Source: Dimorphilus gyrociliatus (taxonomy: Eukaryota; Animalia; Annelida). Taken from it: a stretch of DNA of 64,000 nt. Position 1 is the stretch's first letter, and the number at the start of each line of letters is the position of its first letter. Position numbers and translations under genes: made by a program. Below the pieces are notes generated by a model that saw only the letters and a program-made list of their open reading frames with translations, did not search any database and had not been told where the DNA came from. The stretch is taken from the NCBI GenBank assembly GCA_904063045.1, contig CAJFCJ010000015.1, forward strand, positions 1,185,034 through 1,249,033, in the 5' to 3' direction. Below, one piece after another: positions 38,942-50,883 of this stretch.

Positions 38942-41900
38942 ATGAGGAGCATATTGACTATCTGTGTCATTGTTACTAGCATATGGTTTCGATTACGTTA
39001 TGCCAGAGATAATGAAATCCGGCAGGAATTAGACGAATGGTTAAGGGAAGTGAAAATGACAAAATATCACTTCATTTTTACTAGATATTGTAAGTTTAAT
39101 TTATCAAATTATGGATTATCAATTTGTCTTTAATATAAATCGTTATGTTTTAATTTTGCATTAAAGGTAAAAGTTTGCCTTTGTGTTTGAGAGATTTTGA
39201 GATGAATAGCCTGGAGGCTTACTATAATTTAACGGATGAGGAAAAACGTCGAGTCTTTGAGAACGTTATGACAAAAAGAGATAGTGTTATTTTGAAACAC
39301 TTCATAAAGACTAGAAATTATTTGTTAATTAGCTCTAAAGCAAGGTAAGCAAACGGTTTAATACCATTACACGATATTACTTTATTTACTACTATCTGTC
39401 ATAAGGCGCAATTTGTCCTCTTATGAGTTCAATGACCAATTATTTATAGATTTTCTATTTAACGACTATTCTACATCAAATGTTGTAATTTTTTTTATCA
39501 ATTTTATAAATCTAAGCAATATATTATGATTATAAGACTCAAGTTTTGTATAATGTTTTAGAAGGAATCAATGATAAATCAATTCATAAAACAAGTTGTA
39601 GTTCAACAATTAAATTGAAATAAGCTTTCGGATATTTTTACATATTGAGTTTTCTCTACTTATGTAGGGTGATCAAAAAATATAACTACTCCCTCCGACA
39701 TTTATACGAAGAGAAACTTCTACACAACTCCATTTCTAATGAATTATCACTAAGAAAATTAGAAGAGGATATACTAAACGAATGTATTAATAATGTGCAA
39801 AAATCACGATGGACTTGGATTTATTTGATATATTTTTATATTACATGCCTTGTTTTGGTATTTTTAAAACCAACGATTTCGTCCAATCGAAACGTCACTA
39901 CAACTCTTACGGAAATTTTTCCTTTAAAGAATAATTATTTGTTTAATTTATCGTCAAAGAAGAGTAAAGTTATCTTTGGATTTACTAATCCAGTCGTTGG
40001 AGAGACTCTAAGCTTTACCATAGAGGTAAAAATTCATAAAGAATAAAAATCAAACCTAATTCTATTTATTGTAAAGAATACTAAATCTCTTGCAGCTACT
40101 CAAGGGTAACGGATTCGCTTATCATTTGCAGGAGCACGATAAAATTTCCATTGATATTATTCTCGGAGATATCGTTATATCACCTACTCAAAAAATCCAC
40201 GGCAATACTATCGAAGTATTATTTAGCGTTCATAGATCTGGTTCATATAAAATATCTGTAATGATTAACAATAAGCATATATCGTCTAGTCCGTATTATT
40301 GTTCATTTAATCCAAAGTCAATTAATATGGGAAAATCGAACCTACTAATGAACAATAATATAACTCAAGTTTGTACAGTCAATTCATTATGGACTATACA
40401 AATTCAACCTCGTGATGAATATGGTAATCCATGTTTCGATGATCAAGAAAATTCAGCCTACCAAATTGAACTAAAAAACCTAAATGGACGTACTGAAAAT
40501 TTAAGTTTCAGGGTTATGAGAAAAGATAAACTGGTAGAATTAACATCTAGACCAAAAATAAGTGGTCCATTTTGGGTTAAAATATCGTATAAATCAGATG
40601 TATTTGCAAATGGAGAATTTTGGTTGTTAGTTTTAAATCGTAAATATTTAATATCTCTTTTATGTTTTTTATCGAAAAACAAGATTTCTATAATTAGATA
40701 TTAAATAAAATTATTCTTATAGATGTTGAAAGTAAAAGAGTTGAAAAGGATACCCTGAAAGAGCATAATGTGTACTATGACGGGAAAATAACTAAAATTG
40801 GAGATGTTGATTTAATTAAACCGAAAAAAATCTATATTTCCCTTTCTCATAAGGTTTTTATAATTTTTCATTACATTCATATTTTTTATTACTTTTACTG
40901 ATTAACTTCTCATATGTATATATTAGTATATTAATATACTGTATATACTATATAAAGTATATTTCTGTATTTAAACAATTTACATATTCCCTTTACTGTA
41001 TTCTCTTTTTCTTTTTTAAACAACAGCAACTCTCTATTAAAAAGACAAAATTACTCCTATTTCCTATTAAATTATTTACGTTTAGAATTAATTCGAGTAC
41101 GAGAATAATTCCCGGCTCGAATGAAATTGTGATTCGAGATACTAATGAAAGTTCGGTTACAATTAAGTCAGAAAATGCTAATTATATAGCAGCTGCCTTC
41201 ACTCATTTTTATCTTCTTAACACTGGTAAGAATTCTCTATCATTTTTAATTATTGTCATATCTCTGATTTCTTACACAGGAGGCTCGAATACGTTTGAAG
41301 AGAAGAAATGTTTCTTTCATCATAGTTTAAGGCAGCAATATTCAAAATACTCTCATACAGGAATAAAAATAAGTGTTAATCGTTTTAATATTGTTAACTC
41401 AGTAAGTAACAATAATTTTCTAGCCGATTAATGATTGATATGTATCTTTCTAATTTAAATATTTATTAGTCCTTAAAAGCACTGAAGAATTTTTCAAAAG
41501 GGGATTGGTGCAAGAAACTAGAAGTTTCATTTAAAGGAGAAGCTGGTTAGATATTTCAATGAAAATGGCTTCTACGTTAATTAATAGTAATTAATATGAA
41601 TGCGCTTTTGTTTTTCAGGAATCGACTGCGGAGGACTTCAAAGGGAGTGGTTTGAGCTTTTGTGCAATCATATATTTAATCCCGAATACTCAGTTTACTT
41701 TAACCGCCTTGAACCAGAGAATACTCAAACCTTAATTCACCCAACAGATCAGAAACCGCTAAGCATATACGAATTTGCGGGTCGTCTTGTTGGGAAGAGC
41801 TTATATGAAGCCTCCCTTGGCCCCACATACACTTTATATGTACCCATTTCATTCACAAGATCATTTCTTGCCATGATATTAGGTCTACAAGTTAGTGTTT

Positions 41901-42647
41901 CGCATATGGAACATGACTGTCCTGAATTATATCAGACGAAAATCAAATATATTGCAAATAATTATATCAGTGACCTGGATTTGACTTTCTCGGAAGAGGT
42001 TAATTCCACGACATACGATCTAATTGCAAATGGAAGAAATAAATCGGTTAATGAATCAAACAAAAGAGAATATATTAAACTCTTAACATATTTTAAACTC
42101 GAGAGATTTGTTAAGAGTCAAGTAGAAGAGTTCATTAAAGGTATCAATTATCTCGTTCCCGATGAATTATTATCAATGTTCGACGAGAACGAATTGGAGA
42201 TACTAATTTGTGGTTCGAGTGACTATAGTGTTGCCGATTTAAAAGAAAATCACACATTAAATGGTTCTAGTGCTGAATTTCGTCAAACAGTAGCCTGGTT
42301 CTGGACCATATTATCTGCGTTTACAAAATCGGAAATGGCAAGATTATTACAATTTACTACAGGATGTTCAAAATTGCCATCTGGAGGTTTTTCCAATCTA
42401 GTACCAAAGTTTCAAATATGCGCTTCCAATTCATTTGCTGTTTTACCAACGGCTCATACGTGGTAAGTTTATACAGTATTAATATAGAATACCTGATACA
42501 AAGCTATTAGCAGAAATGTATAATAATATTACTACTCTAAACAGTTTTAATCAGCTTTGTCTACCCGGTTACGAAAGCCTCCAACAGATGAAACACTGCT
42601 TAACTGTTGCTATAAACGAAGGTTGTCAGGGATTCGGTCTGGCTTAG
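38942..42647 (+). CDS. AREL1: Apoptosis-resistant HECT E3 ubiquitin ligase 1 (TM, filamin-type Ig, PH-like, HECT); about 10 exons, true start may lie slightly upstream
   Basis: Filamin-like FSVHRSGSYKISV..SSPY, IQPRDEYGNP, HECT GIDCGGLQREWFELLC, LLQFTTGCS, and catalytic PTAHTCFNQLCLP rebuilt across the last intron. Confidence 0.9.
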
Positions 42648-42863
42648 CTTTCAACTACACGTATAAAGAAACTTTTATATTACAATGACTTTCTCTTTTA
42701 TCTGTTGAGAACTGCCAGTATTCGTCTTTTTTATTTGTTCAAAAATAGTAAAATATTTATACTTTACGAAATATTCACCATACAGACGCGTTAACACGTC
42801 TTTGAAAAGGACGCTCTATTACACAATGGAGTACCAAGAGTAGTTGGTAATTTACTTTTTATA

Positions 42864-42880
42864 GCCACTAGATGGCAGTA
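42864..42880 (+). promoter_or_regulatory. Near-consensus CTCF site GCCACTAGATGGCAGTA between AREL1 and the NR2E3 domain
   Basis: Matches CCASYAGRKGGCR fully. Confidence 0.6.
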
Positions 42881-44268
42881 AATGAGAATCAACTAATAAA
42901 GAAATAACAATCGCGTGCGGTTCGATAGACGACCGTTGGCCTGAAAACCGTATTAGGGGATGGAAACTTTTGACCCGAAATAATGAGCGACCTTTAGTCT
43001 TATTGTAAGTTGGAAGGAAGAAGAAAATAATTGAGGATAGACAGAAAAGAAGTGGGCGGATCGGGATGGAGGGAAAAGGGGAAGGAAAAATAATTTTTCT
43101 CTCATATCGCTAACGATCCTTTGTCGGTTATTGTCCAGCCGATCGACGCATGAATAAATGAGCGGGCGTCTAATTGGTGCTCGGCGAAAATGAAAAGTTG
43201 CAACTTGCACCTGTGACTAGTGACGTCAAAGGCTTTAACCGTGGATCACATGTAATCGCATCTCTGATGGAAAGATTTCATTAAGAACGACCGCAAAGCA
43301 TGCAGTCAATTTCTTTCGGAAACGATATAGGCGACGTTCTCTCTCCCGCTGGTAATGCGATTATATAGGAAGTTTGTCAATGACAAAATTGACGAGATAG
43401 TTTGCTGAGCAAAGCTACGTCCGAAACGAGGTCAGTAATAAGGTGCAACCTATAGCAAAGATTTTAAATAAGGAAATTTTAGTCGCCAACGAGAAAACGA
43501 TAGCAACATCTAAAGAAAAATAAACATGTATGAAAAAAAAATTAAGTCATAAACCAAAAGAGAATGATAAGAAAGGAAAAGGGTTAAATAGGTTGAGAAA
43601 ATATATGATTGAAGGAGAGATCGGAAAGAGGCAAGTAAGATTGAGAAAGAGAAATTAAAGAATCGTTTGATTTCTCGCTACAAAAATCGATTGGAGTGAT
43701 TTCTGCTTAATCGATTCGTCTAGAATTTTATACAATCGACTAGCGATTTATCAAAGCATAGGTCGAGCTTTTTACATAATCAGATCTGCCGATTTCATCA
43801 AGTCGCCTTGTTATGAGATTATCTCTTGATCGCTTTGATTCGAGACGATTTATTCCTTTTTCCAGTACACAACATCTAACACGACACGCGGGAAATGTAT
43901 ATGAATAAAAAAAGGTGATATTTAGAACTTGTAAATAAATAGATGCGAATATCTTATATAATTCATACAGCCTTTAGCATCCCTTAGATAATTTATACAA
44001 TACACTTTTTTTAGACTGGAAATATACTTATATATATATAATCATATTCACAGACAAAAAGTGTATAAATACCTTACTTATAATCATCATAAAATACATA
44101 TACACTTCGCCATAAACATAATTATACAGATATATTAATATATGAGGAAGTGTAAACACTCATGCATATGAATATACATAAAACAGATATGACAATAATA
44201 ATTATGATCTTAATAAGATTAAAGTGACGCTCCATTTCAAGCGTCTTTTATAGGAGAGCGCTGTATAT

Positions 44269-47200
44269 TTAACTCTTGTACATATCACAAAGCAGCTTCT
44301 CCATTGGAGTGTTACCAATCGTACGTGAGAAGAACATGTTTTCAACCCGGTCGGATGGAACGTAGCGAAGCGATGGCAGCATCAGCAATAAACGACCGAA
44401 CCTAACTGATTGAGCTGGATGTTGGGCTCTGCTATGTTGGTGTAGCATAATCTGGGCCTGGTCCTGAAGGTTTTCTACCTGTGCGGGATCTTTCAGACCT
44501 CTTGTTTCTGTTATAATGCATAAGAAGGGGATAGATAAGTGCACGCATGACTGTACAATGATGATATGCGGAGGGCGCGACGGCAAGTCGTTAGGGCGGT
44601 AGGCGGGGACGCAATGAAGCGAGACTTGCAAGACACTGTCCCTTGACGAGGCGATCGAAGGGCGTGACGAATCAAGAGGAAGATAATTTCTTCTTACCTG
44701 GTTTAAATAAGACTATCGCTTTTAGGCAAGCGAATTCGGCCGGATCTACCCTAACGGCCTTAAATCGATTGCAGATCTCTTGCAGAAGGCGGACATCGGC
44801 CAGTAATTTAGCACTACCCTGTTGGGCATGGTCGGCAGGATTGAAGAGGGGTGATTGTTCCATCGGCAAACTCCATTGTATTGCACAAAGTAGAAACAAT
44901 TCAGACCAAGCCTCTTCCAATAGTATAACCTAATTAAAAATAGAAAGGAATAAATCGAAAATCAATGCTAGTCATTATAAGAAGATAACTAATGAATAGA
45001 TCGTTAAAAAAAAGAGCTTTTAATAGAAAGCAACATTGGCAACAGTTGACGCCGGAAAACGTTTCATTCGGCGCTAATCTGACGAAAGATTGATTGTATC
45101 GAGGGAAAGAGCACGTCATGTTGATTCTGCGCTGACGGACTAAGCCGGCGCGCACCATCAAATCAATCTGCGCACCGAAAAAAAAAACTCTATCGCATTC
45201 TGCACGCATCAAGGAACTTTTGCAGGGGAATTTTGCAGTAGTGAAAGAATAGCGTTCTACTTTTTTTATTCGCTTAGTTATTTAAACAGTATTTTTCACC
45301 TGCTTTGTCCTAAATTTACGAAAATTGCTATTTAATTTATAACAAGATAACTTATAATCTAATAATACCCTTTCATCAATCCATCCTGATTGTATATTGA
45401 CACCTGATTTCCGGCGTTTCGCGATTTAATTAAATGTAATCGAGAGCCGCACGCGAGATTTGCGTATACAAACAAGAGTATCTATACGTGTTGAGGGAGG
45501 GGGCGGATGGCAAAAGGCGGATGGGGCGTTGATTCTTTTAGCGAACAGATGGCGGAAAACGAACCCTCGAGATACAAGAACAATGTTGCGAACATCGAGG
45601 GTGGCCGAGGAATTCTTTACCACTGCAAAATGCATGCCTTTTGACTTGTTTCATTTGTATATTTGAGGGTAGCGTGCCTCAAAAGAGTGTTTTACGGCCT
45701 TGCATAATTTACGATGACGTATACCAGATACCAGTCATTATTTATATATGAAAAGCAATTCAATAAATAGTACGTATTAAATTGTACCTGATCCCGAAAA
45801 GGAAGATTAGCAAAGGAGGGCAAATTCTTCGACCACTTGACCGCCATAAAAAGCAATCTGGCGGAACATTCGTACAAAGTTTCACTTCCTGTTGGGAATA
45901 TTGCAGTTTCGCGGTAGCTTTGGCTAGCCGATGTCGTCACGGGCGTTGGTTGCTGTGCTGCATCTCGTTCCGGTTCGACGCTCGTAACGTCGATGTCGTC
46001 GCCGGCTGTAAAAGATCGTATAGTTTGAAATGAAAAAAAGTTCAAATAGACAAATATTTGTCCGTCTTACCATTTTCCTCAGATGTCGAAGTTTCTTTTT
46101 GTTTATTGGCCTCGGCCGCTACCTGGGCGGCCACGGCTGCGGCGGCGGCAGCAGCTGCTAATGAAGGTTCTCGAGGAAGAAATCGGTTGGAATGAGGGGA
46201 AAAGGCCGGGTGGGTAGCACTAATTGTGGCTGGTGCGCCAGCCTGTAATTCGTCCTCAATTTGATCGTGTCTTACTTGAGAACTGTTCCTTGGTTGTCTT
46301 TCATTTTGAACAGCTGATAAAAAATTGAATAAAAAGTAAGAAAAAAGGCTGAAAAAATTAAAGAACAAGGGAATAGAAAAAAGCAATTGTCTACTTATCT
46401 ATAAATAGTAATAAAGCAATGTATATATACGTAAAAACCTATTGTAAACTATACACGCATATTTCTATATATAAAAAACAATCGGCACTGCGTGCTAATC
46501 GAAAGAAGCTGATATGTCGCTTTTTACACAGCATTTAGAAGGCCATGAAAATTGCATCGACGCTTTTGCGTTGGCTTTGTTCAGAAAAGTGGCGTTATAG
46601 CTCAATCAACGGAAGTGATGAATAAATGACTATATACGACGGCGGCGGCTAACGCTGCTGGCGGTGTCACCAACATAGGCATTACCCCGATGGTATTTAG
46701 CTCCCAACCTTGTCCTTGGTCGAAAACGAACGTTGAGTAATCACGTTCCATATAACGCAATAATCTCATCATTTGATTCCGGGACGGGGTGATTCAAGGC
46801 CGGAGGGAATAAGTAAAAAAGAAATGTATGATGATAATGAAGCTTTACTGCTAAAATTATTTCAATTTAGAGTACGCTAGATTAGGGGAATAGATAAGAG
46901 GTGAAAATCTATTTAAAAAGATAATTCCCCTTAGGCGGAGCCGAAGTCAATCCACGCCGACGCCTCGGACGCCATAAATGAAATGGGAAGTGGAAATAGA
47001 TTCACTAATGCAATTTGTAGCCAGAGCTATTGATATTTAGATTTGGCGCCTTTCGCCTCGGCGCGCCTTACCGTCTTTGTTCATGCCCATTTGCAGACAC
47101 TTCTTCAAGCGGCACGCCTGGCACTGGTTGCGGTGCGCTTTGTCCACGACACATAATCCCGTTCCGGCTTGGCATCTAACAGAGAATAAATTTGTTACAA

Positions 47201-50200
47201 GAGAAAAGTTGTTTTTCCGCAAAATAATTACATATATATAAATTTTATNNNNNNNNNNNNNNNNNNNNNNNNNNNNNNNNNNNNNNNNNNNNNNNNNNNN
47301 NNNNNNNNNNNNNNNNNNNNNNNNNNNNNNNNNNNNNNNNNNNNNNNNNNNNNNNNNNNNNNNNNNNNNNNNNNNNNNNNNNNNNNNNNNNNNNNNNNNN
47401 NNNNNNNNNNNNNNNTAGCTTCGAGGCGTATACATCTAAACGTATATATGATACTTGGCGGCCGCCTTTGAATAACATAAGGCTTACTCTATATTAAATA
47501 TAGTACAGAGTATTAATATACCTGTAGATAAGCTTCCGACGAACACTTCTTTTGAAGAAGCCGCTACAGCCGTTGCAGGCCAAAATTCCGTAGTGCTTGC
47601 CTGACGATGTATCTCCACAGACAAGGCACACAAGACCGGGCGACGACCTCTTAGGAATCGGACCAATTAAACTTGACGACGATGATGACGAGGAGTTAGG
47701 TAGCATTGAGCAGGCGGAAACCTGTACCATCGAACTGGGTGGATCCTCCAAACTTTCATCGACCGACGACAAGTCGGAAGGCGACGGCGAGCCTGCAATG
47801 ATATTTGCCCTTCTTAGCATTCGCCTACGACCGTAGAAAGTTGACATTGAGATCTACGCCGGCTTTCAAGCGCGCCTTTCATCTTTAGCCGGACGACGTG
47901 TGTACGCAAATTTTTAAAGAAAAAAAAGAGGGCTAGAGAAAGACGGTGGGAGGGGGTAAAGGGGGGAGTAGACAAGGGGTAGACAGGGAGAGGATTAGAA
48001 AAGAATGACTACAAATATATGTCATACGGAGAAAATAAAAGAGAAAAAAGAAGAGGAAACGGGTGAGGAGAAAGAAAACTGCGCTTCTGTCCTACGCCCA
48101 CTCAAAGCTTCTCAACAGCGGTAGCTGGTACTGCAACAGCGGCGCAGTACTGCAAAAAAGCGGAAGTCGGCCGTCTAATGGCCTCTGCCGGTCGCCCTCT
48201 AATTCCGCTGCCTGTTATTATGTGATTTGTGGCAATTGGCGGGCGGTCCGCTCATCACCAGACTCCCTATTTCCTTTAGACTGCTCTTCCTTTTCTTAAC
48301 TCTTCAATCTATTTTATTCTACTTTCTCACAGTTATTCACTAAGCTATCCACCTATTGAAATAAACTACTGTATGTGCTCTATGAAAAACAGTGGATATA
48401 CTACTTATATAGGTACTATATAAATTGGAATCTATTTCATTTATCCGTATCATCCGAATGGACAGCCTAAAGGTATATAAATATGTATATAAATTGTAAC
48501 GGTCTAGAGTTGAGTCTTCTCTGATTATATTCGAACGATCGATGAGCCCTAATTGGAACGAGTGGCCCACCAATGACATTAGCGCTCTGACTCTGCAAAC
48601 TACAAATGGATTATTGCAGTCAATGCACGTGTCACGCGTTAATTCGCTTATGCCATGATCAATGAATGATTGAGAGATAAGCGCGCCTCTTCCAAATATC
48701 ACGTCACGTATTTAGGCCCCCCTCCTCTATTTCTAAATAAAGAATTTATTAAAAGAAAGGATAAAATAGTTTGTCCACATAAGAAAATTTCTGCTCTAAA
48801 CGTATATACTCTGTTCAATTAAGCGTGTAAGCAAAAAATTTTCAAAGTGCAATTAATAACTTTTCTCATTATATCGCCAAATGTTCCATCTTTTTAATGG
48901 AGGACAGAACGTTACCATCTTCCATCGAAAATTACTTATAATCTATTTACGTAACCCTCTCGATATTTTTTACACTACCCTTAACCCTCGCTCCCTGTTA
49001 ACAACCGACATTCTAAACGTTAAAAATTTAATTAGGTAAAGAGGAAGAGAGAGGGGAAAGAGGGGAAGAGAAAAAATGAAGAGAAAGTGATAGAAAGAAA
49101 AAGAAAAAGATAGATAAAATAAGAAAACAGAGAAAGGAAAGAGATATAAAGAGATAAACAAATAGAGAGAGAGAGAGAGAGAGAGAAAAGCTAAAAAGTA
49201 GAAGAATCGAAAAAGAATGAAACAACTATGAATATTCAAATATCGTTTCGGATCGCTGCCGACTGAAATGTTTGTTTGTCATACATGAAGGTATACATAC
49301 AAAATGTATATTTAGGTGTCGAGTACATTTTGTTTTAACATTTTTCTTTTTTTTGAAATACTAGGTTGACTCATCCTTTTTTATATGATACCTTTTAAGA
49401 GTATAAAGAACAGGGGATTAACGGTTTAGTAACAACCGCAAAATAATATATATATGTGTATTACGATATATCCGTGGCTATATATAGATATGAATATATA
49501 TTAAAAGCATAGTATATACACATCATATATATATTTTATATGAAGGGAAAAATGCCGCTTCATACATTAAAAAATATGAATAAAGAGAAAGACGAATAGA
49601 TTGAAATTTATATAAATATACGACTATGAGTTAATTAAGAGATGCGCCGGATAAGGGTAGAATTAAATATGAAAAGCTCGCAAAGCCCATTTTTGATGGA
49701 TTTTATGCATGCGAGCGTCGAAATGTCAAGCCACCTGATGATTTTACGTCTATATGTGTGTTTTTTATTATAATACTTATATATGTATACATCTACACGT
49801 ATATTTACATAAATATTCATAAGGCATGTGCAATTTTTATTACCTATAAAATCGGCATATTGTTTATATAAATATAGCTAAAAAACACATGGATGAACTT
49901 ATACTTTGTATATATTTACAATCGCCATTATCATTATCATAATAGACGTATTGAGTTAATTTTAAGATATTTAATGTATAATTATTCATATAAAAAATAG
50001 ATTATAAATATTCGTGTTATGTGTTTTCGTGTTCGTTTATCGAACATCAATCGAACCGTTGTTGGGAGGATAATAACGCAGAGATTAGCGTAAGTAGAAT
50101 AATAAAGAGTCTAATTGGACAGTTCTGCGTAGGCATGCGTGAAGTTTAATAAAGGGCGCGCTCTAATGGCACAAGCAATTAGGAAGAAGGCAAAAATTAG

Positions 50201-50483
50201 AAACGCCAATTTCTACATATCGACTTTAAAGCTGCAGGCATAGAGCCAATAGTCAATAATTTTCCTACTCTCTCCTCACAAAAGCTTGCAGATTATTGAA
50301 AAATTTTACTCTTATATGGTGTTCCGAATAATAATCCGCGTCTTTATATAGGGCTATATCAATATTTTTTTAAATAAAACTTAACTAACCTGAAAGATGA
50401 CTAGGCGTTGTCGAAGCAAAAACAACGTTTTCCATTTTTGGAGGAAGTGAGCCATTTATCGGTTGAACGACAGATTCTTCCAT
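44269..50483 (-). CDS. NR2E3: Photoreceptor-specific nuclear receptor NR2E3 (PNR/Hr51/unfulfilled/fax-1 group); 7 exons (50483-50390, 47792-47522, 47175-47072, 46313-46071, 46005-45788, 44929-44698, 44507-44269), ~466 aa
   Basis: [61 protein letters not shown] with the NR2E3-type P-box CNGCSG; T-box [10 protein letters not shown]; [36 protein letters not shown]; AF-2 [11 protein letters not shown]. Total CDS is 1401 nt and in frame. Confidence 0.95.
47249..47415. other. Assembly gap (167 N) inside NR2E3 intron 2
   Basis: Run of N characters. Confidence 1.
49040..49200. repeat. Long purine-rich / GA low-complexity tract in NR2E3 intron 1
   Basis: Almost all A/G, including (GA)n; a second purine tract lies at about 47916-48070. 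Confidence 0.8.
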
Positions 50484-50844
50484 AGTCGCCGCCGTCGATT
50501 TGTTCGCAAATCGCGATTCGAACGGTCTCCAGAACAGTTTGACGTCTGCAGTTGACACAAGCTGCAAGAAGGTAATTTCGTTGACAACATTTGCTTTTGA
50601 CGTAGCAATTTCTGTCGCCTTACCTTTGCCAATAATAGATAGTAAATTGGTGTCTTTAGTGAATAATTTCCACTTAAAACACCTTAAAACGCTTGATAAA
50701 AGACACAACTTAATGAGCGGTAAGATAAGATGTTGCACAAACTGCGAACATTACGGTTTTGACTCGGCAGCAGGTCATAAGGCGGTATTCAACAGCTTTT
50801 CACACGACTCCTAACTCGATGTGAAGCTCCACCCACTCTCTTTT

Positions 50845-50883
50845 CTGATTGGTTGGTTTCCTGTCGATCGGCGCACGCATGCG
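50845..50883 (-). promoter_or_regulatory. Probable NR2E3 proximal promoter (CCAAT box plus NRF1-like GCGCACGCATGCG)
   Basis: CCAATCAG on the minus strand and an NRF1-like element about 360-400 bp upstream of the inferred first coding exon. Confidence 0.45.

Noticed and set aside
47245-47478. X-rich ORFs across the N run
   Set aside because: Artefact of the assembly gap.
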